A stretch of DNA of 31,003 nt from an uncultured archaeon (GCA_964648855.1 CAZYLT010000023.1:1-31003), one strand, 5' to 3'. Numbered from the stretch's first letter, positions 1-7,505 are shown. Numbers and translations: made by a program. The notes: generated by a model not told the origin, from the sequence alone.

Positions 1-213
1 GGATCATGTGATGTGGCCAATTCGCCTCTGAATCATTGTATTATTTTACAGAGCCTCCTAATTGAGAAAGCTATTAAGCACCTATGCATCGTCACACGAA
101 CCATGAAACCACAGTGGGCATCAACTTCTCAGGCACCGCTTCTTACTGATGGGCTTTCCAGACCCATTGACAAGGCAGAAGGAAAATGTCCCATGACGGA
201 GAGCTGGAAATGA
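1..213 (+). pseudogene. mvhD: Degraded 3' remnant of an mvhD (hydrogenase delta subunit) paralogue
   Basis: Codons 55-210 align without gaps to the C-terminus of the intact MvhD at 11963-12412: 17/52 identities by hand (LIEKAI..R....QWASTSQA....DG...P....WK vs LMEKAI..R....QWASASEA....DG...P....WK). Both end in ctggaaATGA. The GCHPGDCHY motif is not retained. It sits in the usual mvhD position, upstream of mvhG. Confidence 0.7.
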
Positions 214-333
214 ATTGTTTCTCAATTTTATTTGATGACGTTCGTAAGAATAATCTAGACCAACATGGATTGGCAAGGGCTCATGACACCATGGAAATAA
301 TGATGTTTCATTCCGATTTGAGGAGGCTAACTC

Positions 334-1254
334 ATGAGTGACCCAGTACCTGTGGCAATGGCACAGGGAAGTTCGTGCTGGGGTTGTTTCCAGAGTCTGG
401 TTGACATCCATCTCAATTTAGCAGATGTCCTGCCCCTACTGGATATTAAATTCTGGGCAGGAGTCGTGGATTACAAACTTCAAGACTTGGAGAATTATTC
501 CGATAAATCGATCAAAATTGGATTATATGAGGGAATGGCAAGAACAGAAGAAGATGTTCATTTGCTGAAGGTTATGCGCGACAAGTGTGAGACCTTGATT
601 GCCTTTGGAACATGTTCATGTTTTGGAGGTATTCCTGGGCTGGCCAACTTCTATGATATAGATGATGCATTAGAGGTGAAGTTCAGAAACAATAAGACGG
701 TTTCTGGAGGTAAAGTGCCCACAGAGAATCTACCTGCAATTGAAGCAACAGTGAGACCTAACAAAGACATTGTGGATTTTGACATCTACTTGCCTGGCTG
801 TCCACCCACCTCAAAACTCATTCTTACTGCGTTGAATGCTTTGCTTAATGGAGAGGACATAGAATTGCCTCCCCATACTGTTTGTCACTACTGCGACCGC
901 GAGAAAGAAGAAACCCCTATTCCAGAGGTCCTGCGTCCATTTGAAGGGAAAGCTGACCCAGATAGGTGCCTTCTCGAGCAAGGATATATTTGCCTCGGGT
1001 CTGCAACATGGGGCCTCTGTGAGGGACAGTGTGTGAACAAAGGTTCAACATGTCGAGGCTGTTTTGGTCCGCCTCCACCAATCATGTCTGACCAAGGCGC
1101 TGCGTCAATGTCAATGCTTGGAACGTACGCCCCCATCGACCCTGAAAAATTGCTTGAAAAAGTGAAGGACCCACTTGGTACTTTCTATAGATTCACGTAT
1201 GCAACTAGTCATCTTGGTAGAATCAGGCAAAAACGCGAGGAGGCGAAGAGATAA
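334..1254 (+). CDS. mvhG: F420-non-reducing (group 3c) hydrogenase small subunit MvhG/VhuG
   Basis: SSCWGC, AFGTCSCFGGI, LPGCPP, CHYC, RCLLEQGYICLG and CRGCFGP Fe-S motifs; gaggagg RBS upstream; stop overlaps the start of the large subunit. Confidence 0.95.
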   Translation: MSDPVPVAMAQGSSCWGCFQSLVDIHLNLADVLPLLDIKFWAGVVDYKLQDLENYSDKSIKIGLYEGMARTEEDVHLLKVMRDKCETLIAFGTCSCFGGIPGLANFYDIDDALEVKFRNNKTVSGGKVPTENLPAIEATVRPNKDIVDFDIYLPGCPPTSKLILTALNALLNGEDIELPPHTVCHYCDREKEETPIPEVLRPFEGKADPDRCLLEQGYICLGSATWGLCEGQCVNKGSTCRGCFGPPPPIMSDQGAASMSMLGTYAPIDPEKLLEKVKDPLGTFYRFTYATSHLGRIRQKREEAKR

Positions 1255-2570
1255 TGGCAGAAGAAAAGACGATTAGAATCGATCCCGTAACAAGACTTGA
1301 GGGACATGGTGCATTAACAATCAAAATGGGCAAAGATGGAAAAGTCAAAGACGTTCAATTCAATGTAGGAAGCACGAGATTTTTCGAGAAGTTTCTTGAG
1401 GGTAGACCAATGGAGGAAGCCATTAGGATTGCTCCAAGAATCTGTGGCATCTGTCCGGTCCCTCACCATTTAGCCTCGACAAAGGCGGTGGAAGCAGCTT
1501 GGGATGTTACACCTCCAGAACCAGCAATCAAACTGCGCCGGCTGATGATGGAGGCAAAGCAGCTTTCCTCCCACGCAATTCATTTCTACGCTCTTGCCGC
1601 ACCGGATTTTGTTTTTGGACCTTTTGCCGATCCTGCGGTTAGAAATGTGGCGGCGGTACTCAAGCATCTTCCTGATGTGGCTGTTCAGGCGATTGAATTG
1701 ATGGAGTTTGGTCAGGAGATGTGCAGGACGGTGGGTGCAAAGGCTATACATCCAACAACTGCAATTCCGGGTGGAATGTTATCCCCTCTTAGCGAAGAAG
1801 AACGTGACAAATGGCTAGGAGAAGTGCCTAATCTTCTGGAAAACATAAACAAGACCGTCGACCTTGCCAAAAAGGTAGTCACTGACTATGTAGATGTTGT
1901 GACAAAGGTTGCTGTTACTCCAACCTACTATCTTGGATTGACCAATGATGGAGTCCTGGATATCTACGAAGGCAATGTTCGAGTAATGGACCCCGACGGG
2001 AAGATAGTAGCTGATTTTGAACCAAGTGAGTACACAACATACTATGGTGAACATATTCCTAACCATTCTTACGCTACTCATACATACTTCAAACCTGCTG
2101 GGTATCCCGATGGAATCTGGCGTGCCAATACCCTGGCACGATGCAACGTAGTTGACAAGATGGCTACTCCACTGGCTCAAGAAGCCCTTGAAGAGATGCG
2201 TGAACTGATTGGACGGCCATCACACCACACTTTCGCCTTTCATTACGCTCGAGTTGTCGAAATGGTTCAGGCTGCGGAATGGATTAAGACATTGCTTGAA
2301 GATCCAGATATTGTCAGTACTGATATCAAGTTATCAGACGTCGAGCCAAAGGCAGGTGATGGCGTTGGCATAGTTGAGGCACCACGAGGAACTCTTCTGC
2401 ACAATTACGAATGCGACGAAGATGGGATAGTTTTGAAAGCAAATCTCATCGTGGCAACCAACAACAATATTGCGGGGATTGAGAAATCATTGATGGTGGC
2501 CGCAAAGCAGATCTTTGAAGACAAAGCCCATGAGGAACTCGAATTACCTGACCCACTCGTTAAAACATAA
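1254..2570 (+). CDS. vhuA: Group 3c hydrogenase large subunit, split (VhuA) type, lacking the C-terminal L2 motif
   Basis: IDPVTRLEGH N-terminus, L1 motif RICGICPVPH, VEAPRGTLLH and ANLIVAT. Ends at TAA 2568-2570 without DPCxxCxxH. Confidence 0.93.
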   Translation: MAEEKTIRIDPVTRLEGHGALTIKMGKDGKVKDVQFNVGSTRFFEKFLEGRPMEEAIRIAPRICGICPVPHHLASTKAVEAAWDVTPPEPAIKLRRLMMEAKQLSSHAIHFYALAAPDFVFGPFADPAVRNVAAVLKHLPDVAVQAIELMEFGQEMCRTVGAKAIHPTTAIPGGMLSPLSEEERDKWLGEVPNLLENINKTVDLAKKVVTDYVDVVTKVAVTPTYYLGLTNDGVLDIYEGNVRVMDPDGKIVADFEPSEYTTYYGEHIPNHSYATHTYFKPAGYPDGIWRANTLARCNVVDKMATPLAQEALEEMRELIGRPSHHTFAFHYARVVEMVQAAEWIKTLLEDPDIVSTDIKLSDVEPKAGDGVGIVEAPRGTLLHNYECDEDGIVLKANLIVATNNNIAGIEKSLMVAAKQIFEDKAHEELELPDPLVKT

Positions 2571-2579
2571 ACAACGGAG

Positions 2580-2741
2580 TTGAAACAAATAACAGACGAT
2601 ATACCCGAAGGACTGCTCAATCTCTTGGAGATGGTGGTCCGCTGCTACGACTGCTGACTATCCTGCGGCGCTCATCTTACCATCGTGGACGATGAGGGTC
2701 GCGAGATAGCACGGAAGGAGATTGTAACCAGCGGTGGATGA
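2580..2741 (+). CDS. vhuU: VhuU selenoprotein: small hydrogenase subunit carrying the L2 Ni-ligand motif; Sec at TGA 2655-2657 (absent from the ORF track)
   Basis: Hand translation: LKQITDDIPEGLLNLLEMVVRCYDC-U-LSCGAH-LTIVDDEGREIARKEIVTSGG-stop. This matches the EGLLNxxEMxxRAYDPCLSCATH end of MvhA, with TGA at the Ni-ligating Cys and conservation continuing past it. Start uncertain (TTG 2580 or ATA 2589 behind GGAG 2576-2579). Confidence 0.92.
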
Positions 2742-2797
2742 AGGTTCGGCGTAAAGTTGTGAGCCGGGCCGGACAGACCCTGCAAGGGTCAAGCTGG
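2728..2797 (+). promoter_or_regulatory. Eukaryote-like SECIS element 1
   Basis: AUGA (2738-2741, overlapping the vhuU stop), then A. An 8-bp helix GGUUCGGC 2743-2750 / GCCGGGCC 2763-2770 closes the loop GUAAAGUUGUGA, which contains AAA. G-GA-C follows at 2771-2774. Possible basal pairing CCAGC 2728-2732 / GCUGG 2793-2797, with an inserted hairpin GACCCU-GCA-AGGGUC at 2776-2790. Confidence 0.72.
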
Positions 2798-2812
2798 ATC
2801 TTCTCTGTAAGG

Positions 2813-2869
2813 TTATTCCTCTAATGAGTTAAGGATTAGGACCCAAATCTCGTTCTGAAAGAGGAATGA
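2813..2869 (+). promoter_or_regulatory. Second, degenerate SECIS-like / kink-turn hairpin
   Basis: 10-bp basal helix UUAUUCCUCU 2813-2822 / AGAGGAAUGA 2860-2869 enclosing AUGA 2824-2827 and UGA 2856-2858. The upper helix is only partly paired (GGAUU/AAUCU). Confidence 0.5.
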
Positions 2870-3094
2870 TTCATGACAGTCAAGGCTTATGCATTAAAAA
2901 TCTATATCTGCAATACCCGCCAATATCGCCACCAACAAGAGCAGCCCATTGATTTACCGTCCAGTGTCTGATAACATGTCAAAAATGATTATTTGTGTGG
3001 TACATAATGTGGCTTTTCAGCGCAAGTGTGACATGTAAACACAAGCACAGGTGTCGATACATAAGGTAATAAGCAAACTTTGCTCGGAATTTGA

Positions 3095-3207
3095 TGCAGG
3101 TACCAATATCGTATGCGCACATACTCCAGATGAGACAGTTACTGGATTTCCCAATACACTTCTTTCAGAGATTTACGCTACTTTTCAAGACCTGCAAACC
3201 GCATACG
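3095..3207 (+). ncRNA. Candidate structured cis-regulatory 5' leader (pseudoknot) of the ssb gene
   Basis: Two perfect, crossing long-range helices: UGCAGGU 3095-3101 / ACCUGCA 3190-3196 and CGUAUGCG 3110-3117 / CGCAUACG 3200-3207. There is also an internal hairpin UCCAG 3125-3129 / CUGGA 3142-3146. The element ends 13 nt before the ATG. Confidence 0.45.
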
Positions 3208-3220
3208 CGAGAGAAATAAT

Positions 3221-3700
3221 ATGAGTTATGACAGAGAGCCCATTGAGGCTACAGTGGCCAAGCTAAGGCCCGGAATGAAGAATGTATCTATTGCCTTTAG
3301 AGTCTTGGAAAAGGGCGAAGAGCGAGAAGTAACTACTCGAGGAAGTGGCGAAAGCCATCGGGTTATGGATGCTGTTGTGGGAGATTCCACAGGTATCGTA
3401 AATGTTCCTTTGTGGGACGATTCAATTGATAATCTTGAAATTGACCAGACCTACAATTTGAAGAATGGCTATACCAAATTATTTCGAGGAAATCTTCAAC
3501 TCAACATCGGCAGATATGGAGAAATTTCAGAAGCTGACACTCCTATAGAGGAGGTTAACGAAGAGGTAGACATGTCTGAAGAAACACACGAGGATGACCG
3601 GCATCGTGGACGTCGAAGTGGTGGTAACTATGGCGGAAGCCGTGGTGGCAGATCTGGAGGCAATAGAGGCCGTCGCGACAACCGTGAGAGAAGTTACTAG
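3221..3700 (+). CDS. ssb: Single OB-fold ssDNA-binding protein (crenarchaeal SSB / RPA-like) with Gly/Arg-rich tail
   Basis: VAKLRPGMKNVSI, VGDSTGIVNVPLWD and NGYTKLFRGNLQLNIGRYG are typical of archaeal SSB OB folds; RGG-rich C-terminus. Confidence 0.88.
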   Translation: MSYDREPIEATVAKLRPGMKNVSIAFRVLEKGEEREVTTRGSGESHRVMDAVVGDSTGIVNVPLWDDSIDNLEIDQTYNLKNGYTKLFRGNLQLNIGRYGEISEADTPIEEVNEEVDMSEETHEDDRHRGRRSGGNYGGSRGGRSGGNRGRRDNRERSY

Positions 3701-3837
3701 TCAACAAAATCCAAAGTGGTTGAGGGGCAAAGTAGCATATTGCATAGCACCAATACACTTGCCCCAATCCTATTTTTTACTAGTTTCAGTATCTGAAACA
3801 ATGTTCATATACGAACCCACTCTGAGAAAGTGATTTT

Positions 3838-4110
3838 TTACGAAGCCTCAAGTTCCTTAAGGAACTCTTCGAAAGCACCCTTCAGATTGAATTTCTGTAG
3901 GAATTCTTCCCAGGAATAAGTTTCAATCCCCTCTTCCTGTGCTCTTTGTATTTTCTTTTTTCCAGGACGCTCTCCAAGAATCAGTATTTCTGTTTTACCT
4001 GAGAATGAACCATACTCAAGACCGTGTTGTTTAACGAAGGCCTTGATATCGTTCTTGGTTAGTCCCTTAATCTTCCCTGTTACGTATATCCTCCTAGACA
4101 CGACCATCAT
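3838..4110 (-). CDS. Stand-alone BRCT domain protein
   Basis: IYVTGKIKGLTKNDIKAFVKQHG...SFSGKTEILILGERPGKKKIQRAQEEGI..SWEEF matches the LigA/RFC1-type BRCT pattern. Confidence 0.85.
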   Translation of the reverse strand: MMVVSRRIYVTGKIKGLTKNDIKAFVKQHGLEYGSFSGKTEILILGERPGKKKIQRAQEEGIETYSWEEFLQKFNLKGAFEEFLKELEAS

Positions 4111-4321
4111 CTATCATATCTTGACAGCGACATATAATCTCATTCAAAATTTGATTTGTTTGCACGAAAGCGCGTTCTTCCAACCCCATCAGAAATCATC
4201 CAGAATTGATTATCGTTTACCAAATATTCTCTTATCCGCTTGTTCTTGTGTACAAGGATGAATTCCTCAATTCGTTAGGTTTACATTAGAGGCCTGCAAT
4301 ATCATGAATATCGGCGTGTTG

Positions 4322-5079
4322 GTGGTACTTTCACAAATTGAGTAATTTCTTTGGATAGTTGGGAGCACATTTGCAATGAGCCTTATTGCCTAGATTGGGC
4401 TCTTTACTCTATCATTAAATGAACAAACTGTGGACCGAATCGCACTTCCTCTGGTTGCGTTTGCAGCAGGTTCTCTACTTGGAGGAGCATTTCTGCATCT
4501 TCTGCCAGAAAGCATCGCTGATTATAGTTTGAATATTCAATTATTCATCTGGGTGGTAGTAGGCTTTCTACGATTCTTTGTTCTTGAGCAGTTTTTGCAA
4601 TGGCGTTATTGTCATCTAGCCGGAGCTGAACATCATGGTGTGGTCACCTACTTGGTGCTACTGGCTGATGGGCTTCATAATTTCATAGGTGGTCTTGCAA
4701 TAGCTGGGTCTTTTGTGGCAAGCATTCCAATCGGTATTGTAACGTGGTTTGCTGCGGCTGCTCATGAGATCCCACAAGAATTGGGGAACTTCGGAATCCT
4801 AATTCATGGCGGATGGGAAAAAAGAAAGCTTTGACTTTCAATTTCCTTTCTGCTCTTACTGTCGTAGCAGGAGGACTAGTTACGTTTTTTGTTTCATCAA
4901 GCATCAATATCACCTTTCTCTTGCCTTTCGCTGCAGGGAACTTCATCTACATAGCAGCTGCTGACTTGATACCGGAGGTACAGCACGCTGAATCATTGAA
5001 GGGACGAATTGGATATACGGTGGCTCTGCTACTTGGAGTAGTGACTATTTTGCTAGCCCGAGCTGTTTTCCATTTATAA
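4322..5079 (+). pseudogene. ZIP family metal transporter pseudogene
   Basis: ZIP motifs FAAGSLLGGAFLHLLPES, DGLHNFIGG, HEIPQELG and FIYIAAADLIPE are split over two frames by a 1-nt loss in the A run at 4818-4823. In-frame stops at TAA 4343-4345 and TAG 4391-4393 interrupt the first TM segment. Confidence 0.88.
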
Positions 5080-5136
5080 GCATCTGAGCTTAAATAAAAG
5101 AACGGTTCGCCTTAGGATTGGAAACCATTGGCTACA

Positions 5137-6342
5137 CTAAAGCTCTTCTGACTTCAATAGATTCTCGATATGGCGTCGACTATGCTCCTCATCCAGCTTC
5201 GTGTCTTTGTGCTCAATGATATTTCGTTCTAACCTATCTAACGCCAGTTTGTACGCCTCTTCTACACTCCATGCTTCGGCTGTGCTATAGTATTGCGTAT
5301 GTGCCGTTCTAAACTGCAACCGACACTGAATCAACTGGTCCCCCTTGGAAACCGGCCCGTATTTCTTGAAGTATGCGAAGAGACCTCCTATGCCCACAAC
5401 ATCCTTGTAACGCCTGACAAAGGAATCGAATTCACGACGCATAGCGGCTTTCTCTTCATCCGTCATTCGAATTCCCGGTTTGACTGAAAATTGCACTCCA
5501 ATTCTTTTCTTCTCCATGGCCTTCTGTGCAATAGGCTCAAGTAGATCTCTCTTGGTTATGATTCCAATAGGCCTGTCTTCTTCTATAACGACTAGACTGG
5601 ATATGTCATTCTGACGCATCCTATTCTCGGCTTCTTTAATAGAATCATCTGGTTTTGCTGCATATACCGGATATGACATCAATGAGGATATCGTCATATG
5701 AACAAGGTCGGATTTTTCTCCAGCTCTCTCACCTTGTCCTCCATGACCTTCATCTCCTCCGTACCCGCCCTCTTGTCTATCACGGCTTCTGTATACCACA
5801 TCGACCAAATCCTGAATGCTGATAATGCCCTCCAGTTTGCCATCTTTCGTAACTGGTGCGTGGGAGAACCCATAGGTTCTGAATATTTCTAAGACCTGTG
5901 CTATCGAATCACTTGGACGGGCAGTCACTGGGTTTTCAGTCATGACTTGTCTTACGGTAGTTGCTGCCCAATCATCTCCGGCAGCTTTTTCCAAGATAGC
6001 ATCTCTCGTTATGAATCCCGCTAGTTTCTCTCCCCTGTAGACGACTAACACAGGACTACCACTCTCAATCATGAGTCTGGCTGCCTCAGCTACCTCCTCG
6101 GTTGATTGAATCCTAGGTGGCCTTGTCGTAAGCGTCTTTACTTTTGTCTGAGTCTGATTCTGTCTGGTTCGGTTCATTAATCGACGAGTTAAGACACCAT
6201 TGTAGTCCCCATTTCTGTCTTCAATAATGAGGGCTTGCTGTTTTTGCTCTCTAAGCTTTGGAATCGCGTCAGAAAGATACTTGTCTTCGCTAATTGTATC
6301 GTATGTTTGCTGGTATACTGATTCTACATTAATACCATTCAT
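5137..6342 (-). CDS. CBS-domain protein (4 CBS) with C-terminal HPF/RaiA-like domain; probable archaeal ribosome hibernation factor
   Basis: Two CBS pairs (VMTENPVT..., GIISIQDL, LMSYPVY, GIITKRDL) plus a ~100-aa C-terminal beta-alpha-beta-beta-beta-alpha pattern ending in AWSVEEAYKLALDRLERNI, similar to the final HPF helix. Confidence 0.82.
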   Translation of the reverse strand: MNGINVESVYQQTYDTISEDKYLSDAIPKLREQKQQALIIEDRNGDYNGVLTRRLMNRTRQNQTQTKVKTLTTRPPRIQSTEEVAEAARLMIESGSPVLVVYRGEKLAGFITRDAILEKAAGDDWAATTVRQVMTENPVTARPSDSIAQVLEIFRTYGFSHAPVTKDGKLEGIISIQDLVDVVYRSRDRQEGGYGGDEGHGGQGERAGEKSDLVHMTISSLMSYPVYAAKPDDSIKEAENRMRQNDISSLVVIEEDRPIGIITKRDLLEPIAQKAMEKKRIGVQFSVKPGIRMTDEEKAAMRREFDSFVRRYKDVVGIGGLFAYFKKYGPVSKGDQLIQCRLQFRTAHTQYYSTAEAWSVEEAYKLALDRLERNIIEHKDTKLDEEHSRRHIENLLKSEEL

Positions 6343-6416
6343 GGTCTTCGAATCCTTGAAATAACAATAGATAAGCCCTATATATGAATCCTAGTTTAGG
6401 ACGTTAACTCAGGTTC

Positions 6417-7226
6417 TTAGCTTGTGTACTTCTTATGAAATACCTCATCGTGATTCAATTTGGTATCAACAAGAATTCTTCCCACTGGTGCTAGGTATAT
6501 CACAAACTCTTGTTCGCCATCCAGTCCGAGCATATTATCCATTTGTTCCTGATAATATGCACCAATTGCACACGTTCCAGCTCCAATCGCGCCACAAGCA
6601 AGGTAGAGATTTTGACACAGATGCCCCGAATCCTGAGCAATGACTTTTGTTGCAAGGTCCGAGTAACGCCAATGCGTACGATATGGAATGCAACTCCAGA
6701 CCAATACCAATGATGCGTTTCTGAAGTAGGGTTGATTCCGGCAAGCATTCTTCACATCATTCGGAGTTATATCTTGCTTGCTTTTCAATGGAAGAAGCGA
6801 GTGCTCTAGGGGGACGTATCGGTAGATGCCCGGTGATATGCCCTCGACATTGAAGGCTATGAGGTACGTTTCAAACGGGTGACGTCCCCCACCCGAGGGA
6901 ACTGTCCTGAGATTAGCCTCCTTGTTGCCGACGACTTTCTGGATTCCCTGTGTACTCCACAAAAGAAATCCGAGCTCATCCAGTGATAATGCTTCACCAG
7001 TAAATTTCCTATGGCTTCTTCGAGTTGAGATAATCTTCGATATACTATCCTCTCGAACTTCAAAGGTGTCAAGCCTAGGAAGCTCAATAGTATCTGAGGT
7101 ATCTGGCGTGGGTTTCTGTAAGGGCGGGGGGTCAATGCCTTGCTTCTGGGGCGTAGACATCGATTCCCAGAGCGACCACTGGTCTGCCTTCAGGATTTTT
7201 CTTAATTCATCCATTTCTTCCACCAT
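6417..7226 (-). CDS. SagB/ThcOx-family nitroreductase-like oxidoreductase
   Basis: RRSHRKF, LGFLLWSTQG, RTVPSGGGRHPFETY, GIYRY and DSGHLCQNLYL. ATG 7226 preferred over TTG 7307. Confidence 0.9.
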   Translation of the reverse strand: MVEEMDELRKILKADQWSLWESMSTPQKQGIDPPPLQKPTPDTSDTIELPRLDTFEVREDSISKIISTRRSHRKFTGEALSLDELGFLLWSTQGIQKVVGNKEANLRTVPSGGGRHPFETYLIAFNVEGISPGIYRYVPLEHSLLPLKSKQDITPNDVKNACRNQPYFRNASLVLVWSCIPYRTHWRYSDLATKVIAQDSGHLCQNLYLACGAIGAGTCAIGAYYQEQMDNMLGLDGEQEFVIYLAPVGRILVDTKLNHDEVFHKKYTS

Positions 7227-7505
7227 GAATTTTTGATATGATGATAGCCCCACTGAAACTATGTAAAGAATGTGGATGAAAAGGAGGTTTGCATCAGAAT
7301 TGTTCAAAATGTCACTTTTAATTCATTCTGAATGAATTCGTGTCAGTTCTGGGATATTGCTGCTGGTTCTGTTATTCATATACACAGCGTTACATCTATA
7401 ATATTTTAACACGGGACACACACGGACATCTCCCCCAAAATAACTGTCAAAACGTCGGGTGCGAAGAGCCTTAGATTTGACAGATTCGATATCCGAGTGT
7501 GAAAA

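Noticed and set aside
2739-2810. Further Sec readthrough of TGA 2739 and TGA 2760
   Set aside because: The extension (RFGVKL*AGPDRPCKGQAGSSL) has no hydrogenase similarity, lies after the cleaved tail, and coincides with the SECIS itself.
2974-3036. 8-bp inverted repeat ACATGTCA/TGACATGT as MITE ends
   Set aside because: Short, largely self-palindromic, no clear target-site duplication and no second copy in the window.
4391-4393. In-frame TAG as possible pyrrolysine codon
   Set aside because: It falls at a likely Trp (TGG) position in a TM helix, and the gene also has a TAA and a frameshift, so pseudogenisation is the simpler explanation.
4813-4834. Programmed frameshift in the ZIP gene
   Set aside because: Upstream nonsense codons already disrupt the gene; a single-base loss in an A run explains the shift.
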